This document shows positions 41,396 through 55,761 of a stretch of DNA of 64,000 bases, piece by piece; within the stretch, counting starts at the first letter, position 1; each line of letters begins with the position of its first letter. The notes beneath the pieces are model-generated. The model did not search any database. It had not been told where the DNA came from and saw nothing but the letters and a program-made list of their open reading frames with translations. The position numbers and the translations under genes were made by a program. This DNA is from Eledone cirrhosa (taxonomy: Eukaryota). The stretch covers positions 300,018,001 through 300,082,000 of the forward strand of contig OZ024741.1 of the NCBI GenBank assembly GCA_964016885.1, given 5' to 3'.

Positions 41396-42347
41396 AATAA
41401 ACATTTGTCGAAATCCAATTCAAGAATGATTCTGAAACAAAGTGCATGATGCAAAGAAACATACAATTTTGCTGGAGTAGAAGTCATATCCCTATCCCAT
41501 TTCACTCCTTATTTTCAAAACGATGATGCATAAGTTTTAAAGGAAACTGGGAGTGGCAGAATTTTTTCTGCAATTTGGCAGGTATACCGCATATCGTAGA
41601 AATGTAATTTGTCCTGGAAAAGTATAAATTTGACTTAGTCATGAAAATCCAAAGCTGCAAACGGAAATTAATGCTACCATGAATTATTGGAATTTTAGCA
41701 TTATTTGAATCAACGCGACGCCTCTCTGAATTCTTGTAAAACAGTTTGATTTACAAGACAACGTTAAGTGATATCGTAAATGTAGAATGCTATGTTCACG
41801 ATCTGGCTTCAATCAAAAAGATGTTTTATGGTGCTGTGTATCAACTTCTATCCGCTGAATTACTACGTGCCTTTAATGTCAGAGGTTTGTCTACCCATAC
41901 TTACACGGATAATACAGACTATCAACCAAATCAATATTGTGATACCCCTGAATGAACCAACAATGATACCTCTAGAGAGCCATTTATTTAAGCGCATTGT
42001 GTATTCGGACATTTACATGCCAAGTACAATAATACATTGCAATAGTACCATGCAGCACCTCAACTTAGTTAATGGATTACATTTTACCACAACGTTTATG
42101 TTTTGTAACTACTCTGCCTTTCACCATTATGTTAATTGATTCTCCAGGTTTAATGATTTTCTTAACAGTGGGGACTTTTCAACGCAAATAATTAATCAAA
42201 CTACGAACATTGCTCTCAACTAATTTATTACACGTTGAAACTTATATAAATTTCTGCCGAAAACATCGCCAGATTTTATAGGTATAGTGAGTGTGTGCGA
42301 ACAATCACAAAGAGGTTTACAGCATTAAACTTTCTTGTCGATATTAT

Positions 42348-42484
42348 TTACGGCCCTTGCCATTCTGAGTTCAAATCCCGCCGAGGTTAACTTTGCCTTT
42401 CATCCTTACGGGGTCGATAAAATAAAGTACCAGTAATGTACTGGGTAATTTTCTGGCCTTGTGCCAATAGTAGAAACAATTATT
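42348..42484 (+). mobile_element. 5'-truncated SINE family A
   Basis: ctgagttcaaatcccgccgagg...agaaacaattatt. Confidence 0.9.
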
Positions 42485-43546
42485 TAATTAGAATATATTT
42501 GTGATTATATATATTTTTTAAATGGTATGTTTTATTCTATATACTGATCATTATCTTTAATAAAAAAACAAAACAAAAAAAAACAGCGATTGCTTCTGAA
42601 CAAACTGGGAGCGAGCTCGTCCTTGAAACTATAGAATAATTAAAAATATAATATTGTAAACATATTTTACGAATAAAAATGATATATTATAGGTCAGGTA
42701 ATATATCATATTTTGTACTGATCCTGTAGGAAAAACAACATACTCTATTCATTAAACAAGATTGAATATTTATGTAATTATAATGTAATAATTTTATATA
42801 AAATAAACATATTATCATCCTTAATTTTTCATATGCAAATTGTATTTGTTTAAGCTAGAATATGTAGATTAAATTATAAATTTAATTATTTCATTTGATT
42901 ATTGTAGAACCAACCAAACAAAATACTGCTAAATACCAATATTTTATATAGCCATTTCATTTTGTTGTATTATAATGAAAATGAAGTGACGTGTACACTA
43001 ATGTTACTCTATAATTATTGATTTTCTCATTGAAATGCAATAGAAAGCTACCCATTGATTATAAATTCCGTCTATGCCAGCAGATTTACATTTAATAGTA
43101 ATTTAAAACGGCATTTTGGAGATTACATCTAAGACTAGATCATCTAATACATCCTTGTCGTATTTAAGATGGGGGCCCTTGTTTTGCGAGGCTTTTGACA
43201 GCTATTACTAGTTGATTTAATGACCGCATATAGGATCCTTTACTGGCTTGTCATATTTTATAGGTGTTTTTATTTTGAGAATTTGTAAATATAATATTAC
43301 TTTCACATACATATAGGGTCTCATATTGTGCTGAAATACATTGTATTATTGTTTGTTCTTATGTTCACGGGTGCTGGTAGCTTTAGCCTTCCGTGAATGT
43401 ATCTATTATTCAATGTTATTTCGCTATGTAACTGAAAGAAGATTTATATTTAATGGGTATAACATGTTAGATGCGAGAGAAAATATAAAATTTAGCATTG
43501 TGTTCCAAGTATTTCTGATACATATTTAGTGATATTATTGACACCA

Positions 43547-43735
43547 GTGGTGGATTGGCAGTATCGGTAGACGGTCGGACGCCATGCTTTCCAGCATAGT
43601 TACGTCCCTTTGCGATCTGAGTTCAAATCCCGCCGAGGTTGACTTTGCCTTTCATCCTTACGGGTCGATAAAATAAAGTACCAGTAATGCACTGGGTATG
43701 TTGCTGGCCTTGTGCCTAAAGTAGAAACAATTATT
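43547..43735 (+). mobile_element. Full-length SINE family A with a 16-bp target-site duplication
   Basis: attattgacaccagtg at 43534-43549 and 43730-43745. Confidence 0.93.
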
Positions 43736-46684
43736 GACACCAGTGATGGAGCTACATTATAGTTCTAGTTTCCTGAATGATTTCAAAAGTATTGTGACAA
43801 CAGTACATGTCTGAATGTGTAATGCTGGCTTTATTTGATTAAGGACATAGAACATGTAGTCAAAGAGAAGTGAGTTCTTCTAATCTCTCCCATGGACATT
43901 AAAAACGTGATATAATTGGCTTTATTTGACATTCGAATACCAGTAGAAGGTAAAACACCCGGTTAGCGTTTACTATACATATCTTCCACAACCTATAAAT
44001 CAATTATGCTATTCACTCGACAGTAGTAAACGTTTGAAGAAAACGGGTCTTGACATCATACGCTCTGCCCTCTCTTTAAAACCTAGCCATAAATATGTTG
44101 TAACACAATATTTCTGACTTCTTTCTAATATATGGATATCATAGACATCGAGATATGACCTACCAATTGTGGAATTTATGTTTCTATGTGAAATACTCAA
44201 GTTTGTAATATAAACTATTTATATTATTTGGTCAAACGAATTCATTTTCTTCTATGCAATACATTAAATAAATTCAAAATAGATAATTATGACGGATAAT
44301 ACTATAACGTACAGTATGATTACACGTTTGTTTATAATGATATATATAAACACACCAAAAATATTGAATATGTACTGGAATTATTAACCATATACAACAT
44401 TGCAGAAAATATCAAATGCATAGTGATTAGAAATGATGTATAAAAGGCAATTAAAAGAGTATTCAATAAGAGGGAAGAAATTCTACCTAGGGTCAGTGCG
44501 TAATATAAATACATGAAATAGGAATAAATTAATCCATAATGTTGGCAGAGAAGCTCAGGATGAAAGATGAAAATGGAAGACGTGTTTTATATAACCTGAT
44601 TGCTTTGATTCTGACAATCACCGATTTAAGTGGCCCTGTGTGCAATGTATTTAAAGAGAGAAACAGAAGTTGGTGTGCATTTCGCAGTATTTTGAAAATA
44701 CTGAATATATTGACAAATATAATATATTCAACGCTTTTTATAAACATTATGCAATATGCCAATAATGCAACATCAGAACATACCTGGAATATTCATAAGA
44801 GAAAACTGTAGCTAACAATGCAAGAAATCTGATACAATGCCTTTGAGTCTTTATGGACTATCATTCAGAGTGAGCTTGAATTATTGGATAGAAACATATA
44901 AACCTGTTAGTGGAATGTTATTAGGAGAAAAATAGGAATATTTCGCAATGTACAATTCTATAATAGTGACGTATTCTATAACAGTGACATGTTAAAATAA
45001 ATAGGTTATGTATATTTTTGCATAATCATGTCTACATTGATTATAATAAGTATTAAGTACAAATAATGCAATAGCCATCTATGTTAAAGTAAATAATTTT
45101 TTTTTAAATCAATATATGAGTAAAATTTGTCGTTGTGGAATAAACAAGATAAATTAATCAGTAATGTCATTTAAATTGAATATATAACATTAAATAGAGC
45201 ACATATTATCGGAAGTTGACACGTTTAAAATCATTTTAAATTCATGTAAGATTTGTAAATCGATTTACAGATATAAAATATTTGAGCTATGTATTTGGCA
45301 GAATTTGGAGATATGTTATTTGATGTACAAAGGAATTCTTACCGTAAATATAAGATTCAATCAAACGTAAGACAACATTCTGATGTGATTTCTATTGATT
45401 GTCGTTCCTCCACCCCACTATCGAAACATGCTACTTATTTTGCATACATTTGGGTTGTGTGTATTTGTGTATATGTTTATTTCATTTATTCCTTTATAGT
45501 TATATCTTTATGTAATGATTTATAAATTCTTATCTCTATTGTGTATTATTTATTCATCAATTTGAAAATATTACTATATGAGAGTACATGAATATATGTA
45601 TTTATATAATACGTATAATAAAAATATGGTATAAATAATGAAAATTGTATAGATCCCAGAATAAGTACAATTTGACACACAAGGCGCCACGAGGCTAACA
45701 TAAACTCATATTTATGTTGTGAGATAACAAGTGCCAGCAATATATACAATGCTTAAATTATAAGTGGTTAAGATAATTTCTTTATTGGCATTATTTTCAC
45801 TGGATAAACTACTTCCCACAACTTTCCAACTAGTAAAATGAGCAATATATTTATGGACCTACAAGTTACGGCTACTTGGCAGACCTGCGAGATTCAGCGA
45901 AAATTGGAACGGTTAATGATCCAGAAACTGCAATATTTGCGTTAACTGCGCTGTGTTGTCGTTTAAGTTGAGTAAAGAGAATTCGTTGCTTATATTCAAA
46001 GTGGGTAGGCTTACCAATTGATGCACAACTTAACAGGCACGTAATTTCTGTTGGTGTATACAAGCTTTTAACAGATTACACAAATATAAAAAGAAATTGC
46101 AAAAACACCATGACGATCTGTCTTACATAAAACATTAATAGCCTAGGATTATGGAGGATTATAGAAAGAGAAACCAGAAGATATTTAATTTGAAAGCTGG
46201 CTAGTAACTATGATGCCAAGCTACAAAAATCCTTATTAAAAATAAAATGAAAATCAACAACTTATTTGGATCTTTGATTTCATAAAATATATTTACATGC
46301 GAAAACATATATTTATCAGTAAATATAATGCAATTCAAATAATATTTATGAAAAGCCGGAACATCAACTTCTGCTGCATTACTACCAACCGTTTCAAGTT
46401 GGAAACCTATCTGAAACGACAGATATATTTGCAAAAAGTAAAGCAAGATGGAGAATCGAAATTTTGGTCACGTGTCGGGGTTGATGAGTCAGTTTTAGCA
46501 CAAGTAATTTTGTGTTTTGGTGGCGCCATTAATCACAGTAAAGTGCAGTGATAATAGTTGCAGTGTACGGGAGATTACGAGGCTGCTCTTTCCAGAATGC
46601 TCTATGTTATGCTAGAGATTCATGCTGTTGGTCAAATGGAGGCTCCATATGAACGAGGTGGTAGAACCTGTTGTTAAACCTAAA

Positions 46685-46894
46685 GCAGTATATGTGCTAG
46701 AGAGTCGGACATCATGCTTTGTAGCATAGAGTTACGTTCCTTTACGGTCTGAGTTCAAATCCCGCCGAAGTTAACTTTGCCTTTCATCCTTACGGGGTCG
46801 ATAAAACAAAGCACCAGTAGTGCACTGGGGTCGAGTTAATCGACTTAACCGTCCCCCAAATTACTGGCCTTGTGCCTATACTAGAAATCATTAT
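46685..46894 (+). mobile_element. SINE family A, longer variant
   Basis: Family core plus an extra gtcgagttaatcgacttaaccgtccccc segment before the 3' tail. Confidence 0.88.
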
Positions 46895-48241
46895 AAGTGC
46901 TGAGTAAATCTACTAATATTCACCTAGCAATATAAAAATGTCACTATAGACCTTCGCCATATGGAGGTAAAATCCTGCTAGAAGTCATTATTTGGTTGGT
47001 TTTCGGCACTATCTGGTTGAGGAGCTGATGAGTCTGAGCAGCTACGTGCTATTTTCTTCTGTAACCTACGATGTTAGAAGCAATGTTGTCTAAATAGGCT
47101 TGAGCTAAGCATACACTGCGTGAGATTAAGAGTTTGAGCTGATGCTAATTATTGCTATACGGAACATTTTCCTGTTTAAGAACAGAAAGTTCTAAGAGAT
47201 TGAAACTTTTTTTGATACATCTAATTTTAATGGAAGAGAAAACCATGTTACTTAGGAGTGTTTGGAGTGTCATCCGCATACATTATTTTCTTGTAAATCA
47301 ACTTCTCTATAATGTCTCGTTTTAATTGTGCGCAGCTCTATCAAAAATCTGTTTGGCCCCCTATAATTTAGAGACTCTCAATCGAATCTTCTTCTCAAGA
47401 TTCCTAACAATTGTTAACATATATTAGATAATATATTTAGGATTCTGGCGTTGGTTTGTTTAATTTAGGAGAGATGGTCACCAATTTTAGAAGGCTGCGT
47501 TGTTTTACGATTTAGAGGGGTGTTCGTTTCCCTAGCTTGGCTGCTAGAACATCTCATCTATTTGTTGTTAGGTGTAGGTAAACAATAAAGCAAAAAGAAC
47601 ATACCTCGAGATTATATGTACATGAGCATTTTAATCAGTGCAATAAATAAAACAGGTTATTATAACAGTTGCTCCATGAATTGTAATTTGTAATTATCAG
47701 TTCGTGGCGGTGTTCAAATATCCTGTGACCACATGGTGCAATATCGCTGTTTCGCGACAGTGAAATGCGTCTGCTCGCGTCGACACACGAAGTTGAAAAG
47801 AGAGTGTATTCAGCTACTGGCGTCAGAACGTGACGTCAGAACTAAGGGCAGTTAATCGACTACCTCCAAAGTCAAATGCTAGGTGGCGTGATCTTCTATA
47901 AATTCGATATTTGGCTTTTTCTGAATTTAATGATTTAATCTATATTATTTCCTTAAAATTTTGTTTTTTTCGTAAATAGTTGGTTTAGTGTGCATTGATG
48001 CAGGAATCGAGTATGATGGTTGCATATTGATTGCTTACTAAATAGTATGAATAAGTGTTCAGCAGATAATATTCGAGGTGATTGTATCCTGATGAACTTC
48101 CACCCATATATTGGGTTGGATTTTACTCCGTTCATATTTTTTTTCTAATGTATAAATGCGGTTTGGATTTATTTCATGGTTTCAAGTTTCAGGTTTTGTT
48201 GATTACACATGAAATATTCGGTGGATGATTTGCACGTGATA

Positions 48242-48390
48242 GACAATATGTTATCGTCTTAAATATAGTGTTTTGTCACTAAGTAATTTTATTTTGTGGT
48301 GGGTCTTGTTTGGTTTTGATTTGTTGTATTTGTGTATTTTACTGTTACTGGTTATGCTTGTGAAGAAAAGGTTACACAAACACACACATA

Positions 48391-48461
<71 letters not shown>

Positions 48462-48540
48462 GGGAGCTGCATGTGTGTTTGTGTGTATGCCTGCGAGTGT
48501 GTATGTATACAGTAAATCGTAGATACATAGACACACATAG

Positions 48541-48590
<50 letters not shown>

Positions 48591-48793
48591 GGGGGGGTAT
48601 GTGTGTATGTATGAGTGTGTGCATGCATGTGTGCGTATTGGGTGGGTTCTTTGTATGTATAATTCTATGTTTCACTATCCCACCCAACAGACAAATTATA
48701 CACAATTACAACAAACCGAAACCAAACAAAACCCACCAAGAAAATAACATTATTCAGTCACCAAGCACTACGTTTAATTTGATAAAACAATGT
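48242..48793. repeat. Old degenerate inverted repeat around a microsatellite core
   Basis: ~48242-48346 vs ~48686-48793 (ggtgggtcttgtttggttttg / cgaaaccaaacaaaacccacc). Confidence 0.65.
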
Positions 48794-49174
48794 CCAACAA
48801 AAGCAAATTACCAACTAAATATATATCAATAATTAGACGACACACTTCAAGATGATATTTCCATTGCTATTCGATTCGGTAAATTCGTAATTAATTAATT
48901 ACATGTGACAAATCTTAATCAATTACTAATGCAGTGTATGCCTGGTGATGCATGTGCATTTTATATTTAATTACAGCCATACATGGAAACATAGTTCTTA
49001 GGTGAATGAAAACAATATATTCGAAAATATAAAAACCCCAGAAGATGGCGTTAGAAATACAAAAGTGGTCTCAGAATAATATACAATTTTAAATAGCGTT
49101 TCGAAATGGGTAAGTGTGTCGTGTAACAACCAGATGGTACTGGGTTGATTTGAGTAGCATTGAATGAAAGTCCC

Positions 49175-50705
49175 CGCTCATCCAGCTGTCGATTTATTGA
49201 CGGACTACGTGGCTACATAGGACATACACTGCTACGGCCTCCTTCCTACGGACATACACCAGCATTTGTTCTCCACATTGGACAACACGTACTTCACCTT
49301 CCACCACCACACATACAGACATACAACAGGATTACCCATGGGATCCAGCCTATCGGGCCTGCTAGCCATCACCTATATGAACCAGCTAGAATGCCGAGCC
49401 CTCAACACCTGCCATTCCCATACCTTCTTAACCCGATATGTAGATGACATACTCATCCTTACATCATCCCGTGAGGAGGCGAATAAAATATACACAACAT
49501 TCTCCAGCATGGACGCCAGTATAAAGTTCATCATGGGACACACCGATGACCGCGGATCCCTATCCCTACTGCACCTCCAACTCAGGGTAACAGAGGAAGG
49601 CAATATCCACACTTGCTTGTATAAAAAAGCCACAAGCAAGGACCTGTTCGTACATTTCAGATCGGCCCTCCCAGCCAGCGCTAAGTTCCGATATATAAGG
49701 AAAGAATTAACACGTATCCGGAACAAATGCACCGACGCTAGAGACCGAGACACACACACCACACATTTCCTGGAAGTACTCAAACTGAACGGATACACGA
49801 CATCCACCACAAACCGTGCCAGAAAGAACAGAGGACACCACACCCGAGGCACTAACACTTGCTTCCTGAAGCTCCCACACTTCAGTGACGAAACAACAAC
49901 AGCCATCCGCAGAGCTATCAGACAAGAGGGACTAGATATCCAACTGGCCCACTCAGGTCATTCTCTACGCGGACAGCTAACCAAAAGACACTCCACCAGA
50001 CATGAAAACCGCTGCAGGCTAGCCAACTGCCCCATCAATGACACAGACCTATGCCACAGGCTTACATCGTATACAGATTAGAGTGAGACAAATGCAGCAA
50101 CATCTCCGTAGGTAGCACCACCACACCACTCCACATAAGAATAAAAGGACACCTTCCTCATTTAAGAAACACCTAGTTAAATGCAAAAACACCGACAAAA
50201 CCATAACAGTTAGGATAGAAACTAAGGAAAGAAACATCAGCAATCTTAGAATTAAGGAAGCACTAATTATAGACAAAACACAACCACCAATCAATAATAG
50301 ACTAGAACTCAACACCCAATTTATAACTTGATAGAGAATCCAGCTCCATATTTACACTCCCCACCCACACACACGCACACACACACGCACACACGCTTAC
50401 ACCTCCACTTATTCTCTCTCACACACACACAAACACCAGTTCTAACACGAGATTACATCTATTCTTCACATTTATGTATAGACATATCTTCTCACACACA
50501 CACATACACACACACACCCACATACATACGCCTCACACATTCTCCCACACACTTAAAGATGCATATACAAAAAATACCCGTTTAAAGGGAGACTACTCTT
50601 TATCCATCTAACCTTAACTCTTTGACATTAGAGATAGAACAGATACTCTATACCATTTCCTGTCAGCATGACTTGGCAAGCTATTTAGAACACTGGTCTA
50701 ACCGC
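49175..50705 (+). mobile_element. 5'-truncated PLE (Nematis/Penelope-like; clade uncertain)
   Basis: TGLPMGSSLSGLLA, RYVDDIL, CRLANCPINDTDLC, then frameshifted IVYRLE*DKCSNISVGST..LHIRIK and LRIKEALII..QPPIN; ORF ends at 50331, followed by a CA-rich 3'UTR. Confidence 0.88.
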
Positions 50706-50707
50706 TT

Positions 50708-52339
50708 TACTCCATTTTAATATCACCACTGAACTGCTTCACAGTGGATAATAGCCCTTGCAATTGTTCATCATTTTTTGAAAATAGAGTCAGGTCATCC
50801 ATGTAGAACAAGTGATTAATGGTTTTGTCATAGAATTTCTATCCATGTTTTGTTTCATTGAGCATTTTACTTAATGGTATAAGTGCGATGCAGACTAAAA
50901 GGGGTGATAAAGAGTCATCCTGAAAAATTCAAAAATTAATATTAACTTCTCCAGCTTCCAGTGATTTTTTTTTCACTATTCAAAAGGAGTGTCGTTTTCC
51001 ATGTCTTCATACTGAATGACAGGAACCTCCTGACAACGGGAGATATTTTGAAAATCTCAAAACATTTTTCAATCCAACTGTGTGGCAAACTATCGAATGT
51101 TTTTTTATAATCTATCCAAGCAATTGATAGATTTTTGTGTCTATTATGACAATCTTCCAGTATCATTTTGTTAACCAAAAGCTGATCTTTACAGCCATAT
51201 GAGCCTCGTTTAAACCCTTTCTGCTCATTGAGAAATAGATCATTTGTTATCAGTGTTAAAATGTTATACATTGTGGTCAAGCAAGTTATCGGTCTGTAAT
51301 TTTGGGGATTGTTTGTCTCATCATTCTTCGCGAGTAGGAATATATTGCCGTTAACTAGCCATGATGGTATCTTTTCTGGCTCCTTAACTATTTCATTGTA
51401 AAGTTGGGCTAACAGCTGATGAGACTCTGTGAAGGCATTTATCCAAAAATTTGGTATTTTGTCTTTTCCTGGGGATTTCCATTTGCTGGTTTTTATTATT
51501 ATTATTATTATTATTTCATTCGAAAAGGAAAATCAGGGTAGAGAGGGGGGTGCTCTTGTCCCATCCTTTTGTTGAAAGATGGGTGAGAGAGGCAAGAATG
51601 GCACGAGTAACTGGACCTACTCTGAGTATATGCCTGTAAATTGAAGTTAACAGCTCATGAGATTCTGTGAAGGCATTTATCCAAAAATTTGCTATTTTGT
51701 CTTTTCCTGAGGATTTCCATTTGCTGGTTTTTCTAACTGTTCAACTGTTATATTTTCCCATGTTTGTTCCTCAAGGTGAGCTGTATCTTTCATTCATCTG
51801 TCTATCCATGGGGCATGTATATTATGAACTTTTTCTTCGGACCAGATCTTTTCTCAGAATTCTTGCACTTCCTCCTTGGGTGGTATTGATTTAGCAGTTA
51901 TTGTTGACTTGCCAATTTTTCTGTAGAAGTTTCTTTGGTTGTTTTTGAACATATTATTGTCCTTATAGAATCTAGATCGATTTTCAAAACGCCTTATACG
52001 AGCAGCTTTGGCCGACACCTTTTGCTTGATTATTTCTATCAGCATGTCTAAGCCACTTGTTGATTTTATACTGTATTTTCTTTTCAATTTTCTAAGTTTA
52101 GTTTGTTTAACCTGTTCACCTACTTTGTAGTTTGTTACAATTTCTACATCAGATCGGAGAAGGTTTATTTGGCGATTGATGTTCTCTTGCCAAGTAGATT
52201 TCTTGTGGGAATTCCTTTGTTTTCTCATTTTCACTCCACATACGTGAGTGGTGACTTTATCCGATGTATAATAGAGATGATTTTATTTAGTAATGTTTAG
52301 TTTATTTGTGGTGATAATGTCTTTGAGAATTATGTTAGT
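50708..52339 (-). mobile_element. Decayed R4/Dong-like non-LTR retrotransposon fragment (RT)
   Basis: NNMFKNNQRNFY, EQKGFKRGSYGCKDQLL, AWIDYKKTFDSLPHSW, FQDDSLSP and NHLFYMDDL; interrupted at 51493-51647. Confidence 0.85.
51510..51645 (+). mobile_element. Short fragment of the Tx1/L1-like ORF2 3' end
   Basis: tttcatt.gaaaaggaaaatcagggtagagaggg...ctctgagtat.tg.ctgtaaatt aligns with 55371-55499. Confidence 0.85.
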
Positions 52340-55300
52340 CTTGTGTATTCCTAGATCGGGCGGAGGAGTTGCTGTGCTTTTTCGGAGAGGTTTGGATCTC
52401 GCCATACGGGTCATCTTCCTGGACCCAGAAGGTAAGTTGGTGGTGCTGGACGGGACCAGCGGAGACGGGCAGGCTTTCAGGACAGTGGCCGTCTATTCCC
52501 CGGCAGGAGCAGGGTGGCCTGATTTCTTCCGGCGTCTGGAGACTTTCTTGGAACGTCCTGCTCTTTAGTGTTAGTGGGCGACTGGAACGGGATCTTAGAT
52601 GCATGCTGGAACTGTGTGGAATTATCGGATAGGGGAGGAACGTTTTGAACTGTCTTACAGGTACCGATTGGATTTCCTGAATGCGCCAATGTGGACTTGG
52701 ACAAACTGCATAGGGTCATCGAGATCATATCTAGATAGAGTATTTTGTAGGGAAATAGATATTTCTAGTATAGGCTGTCCACAATTCAAGATAGTCAGCT
52801 ACACGGACCACAAATTCGTGATTTGTGTGCTTGATTTAGATAGGCTTCATAGACGAGGGCCCGGCTACTGGAAGCTAAACGCGTCCTTACCAGCGCGCAA
52901 GGCCTACAGAGACCGGATTAGCGAACTAGTTAAGCGGGCGTTGACGGGGGCCATCGTCAACAACAAGTGGTGGTTTCCGCTGAAAAGAGCGATTAGATTA
53001 GAGTCCATTAGGTTTAGTAAGGCTTTAGCAATAGAGAAAAATAGAGCAAAGGCATCGCGACCGACGTACTTGCGGCAAAATTGGCCCTTGACCAATTCTT
53101 CAATGCAAAGCACGAAGGCTGCGTTGTCAGACGCGGATGCGTGCTCTCAGACACGAGTGGACGAAAGCCTTTCAATGGGCCCGAGTGGCGGAGGCGCGTC
53201 GCGGCAACAAAGCCACGATCCGCTCTTTGGTGGACCACGACGGGCGCATGCTACTCCATCCCGGGCAAATGTGTGAAGCTTTTCAGCGACACTTCGCTCA
53301 GCTGCTCGGGGGGCAGCAGCGGGCCGGATCGCGGGATGGACTTTAGTGTCTACCTCGACGGACTGCCGCTGCTCTCGGCCACTGAGGTGGAGTATTGTGA
53401 AAAGCCAATAACAACCGCTGAAGTACGGGAGGCAATGATTGGCTGCAACATGTGTAAATCGCCTGGTTTTGATGGTCTGCCCTATGAACTTTACGTACAG
53501 ATGCCAGACTTGTTCGGAGGCCTCTTGGCGGCGAACGTCTACTGCAACTGGCAACAGAACGGGAGAATTCCCAGCTCTGTGAGCCGAGGAGCGGTGGCAC
53601 TGCTGAGAAAGGATCCGAACAAGGGGGATAACATAGATAATTTCGGGCCCATAACTATGCTAAACACAGAGTTCAAGATTTTGGCCAAGGTGCTAGCAAA
53701 GAGGTTGGCGCTGGTCGTTGGTGGTCTGGTGGGAGAGGCGCAGACATGCGCCATTCCCGACAACCTCCACCCCATGCGATACATCGTAGAGAGTGTAGCT
53801 AGGGAACCTGGCACGGGTGGGTCCTTCATCAATTTAGATCAGTCGAAAGCTTTCGATATGTCTACCATCGTTACCTAGCGGCAGACCTGAGGACGGCTGC
53901 CTTTGGGCCTGTCTTCAGAGGCTGGATCGCAGCCATGCACAGCGACATCTGCTCTGTGGTGAGAGTGAACGGTCACCTTTCGGAACCGTTCAACATCATG
54001 CGCTCGGTCCGCCAAGGATGTCCCCTCTCGTCTCTCTTGTACGTATTGACTCTCGACCCATTACTGCACAAACTGGAGACGTTGATTGGGGTCACGCGCG
54101 AACTAGGATGTGGAAGATCCGTGTCAGCATATGCGGACGATGTAACCATAGTGGTGTCGAACGCCAAACACATCGAGGCGATTGGCACTACACTAAGAGA
54201 TTACGAAGCGGTGACAGGAGCTATGATCAACCAGGAAAGGTCAGTGGGCCTGCAGCTCGGCACCTGGAGAGGCAGGTCCATGCCGTCCAACAGCGTCGTC
54301 GGGCGCTGGACGGACGGACTGGTTAAATTGCAAGGGGTCTGGTTCGGTCCGGACCTCCAGACGGACAAAAACTGGGACGAGGTGACGAGCAGGTTGGCTT
54401 CTCTCATCCAGAAATGGGCGCAGAGGAAGCTATCCCTGAAAGGTCGAGCGGAGGTGGCTAATGCGTAAATCGCGTCCGTCATCTACTACCGCCTGACCGT
54501 CGTAACTTGTCCTAAGCCCCGCCTGACTGCGCCGGAGCGTTTGCACTTTCGCTTTTTGTGGAAGGGATGCGCTCCAATGGTCTGGCGGTCGATATGCTGT
54601 CAATACCCGCTACGTGGAGAGCTGGGCATGCCGTGGCTGATGATGCGCAGACACGCGCTCAGGCTACGACATCTCCACCTCTTCCTCGACGGTGATCAGG
54701 TGTGGTCGCTGTTTGCTAGACGCGTCTATCCGCAGCTCGTCTCCTTAGCGGAGCTGCAGTCCTGGGTCAAACGAAGACCGTGAGAAGCGCTTGGAGACTG
54801 GAATGTCTTCAGGCGCTCACAGCCCTAGACCAATCGGGCAATGTGATCGGTGGAAACTCCACCTTGGCGTTCTATAGAGGATTAGTGGAGGTGAAGGGCG
54901 ACGACGTACTTGGAGAAACTCTAGGCGTCGACGAAAATCAACTAGCCAATCTCTTCGGAAGAACTTTCGCGCCGAGGCCTATGGACAACTTCCAGAAATC
55001 CCTGGCCTGGCAGTGCTACCGAGGAGCTTTGCTAGTTCGGGATAAAATCTACAGTCATGGAGGTGCCGTCAGCCGGCCATGTCCGAGATGAGCGCAGGGC
55101 GACGAAACCGTCCTGCACGCACTCGTCCGGAGTCCGAGCATTGCTGACTTTTGGGTTTATGTCGAACACCTGCTGTCGCGTGTAGGACGGATCCAGCTAT
55201 CAGCTGAGTCCACCGTGAGGATTGCCCCGCTCTCTTCCCTTAGCCGCGAAGGGCTGGCAGTTTTTATCTGTCTGGTGGCCATGACGAAAGAGATAGTATG

Positions 55301-55761
55301 GTGGACACGTTTGAAAGGGCTGAAGACGAGCACTTACCTCTTCAGTGATGCCCTGATTAACTTTTTCAAATTTCATTTGAAAAGGAAAATCAGGGTAGAG
55401 AGGGAATTACTCTCTTCCCAGCATTTTGTTGAATGATGGGTGAGAGAAGCAAGTATGGCCCGGATGAATGGGCCTACTCTGAGTATGTGTCTGTAAATTA
55501 AAGGTGGACAATTGGGAGAGGGCACTTGCCCTGGTGGTTAGGGTCACTGTGGCCTTTTGTTGGGCTTTCTCCACAAATATCCCTCGGAAGTCTCCCCCCT
55601 ATTGGGGAATTTTTCATTGTTATTTTTTAGTTACATCCTCTGTTTTTGTTTTTTTACACGCAGACATGCCCATTTGTACCGTCCTGTATTGTCCTGTACT
55701 GTCCTTAATGTCTACTTTATGTAAACCCGTGTGGTTAATACAGAAAGCATTATTATTATCA
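52340..55761 (+). mobile_element. Tx1/L1-clade LINE ORF2 (APE + RT + Zn knuckle), frameshifted, with 3'UTR and (ATT)n tail
   Basis: GGGVAVLF, LVGDWN, SYLDRV, TDHK, GYWKLNAS, KSPGFDGLP, LDQSKAFD, VRQGCPLS, AYADDV, CPR*..ETVLH. Confidence 0.92.

Noticed and set aside
43547-43640. A/B boxes as a tRNA gene
   Set aside because: No cloverleaf; part of a multi-copy SINE with TSDs.
49036-49115. CAGAAGA...GAAA motif upstream of the PLE
   Set aside because: Stem II relies on several G.U pairs and stems I/III are missing.
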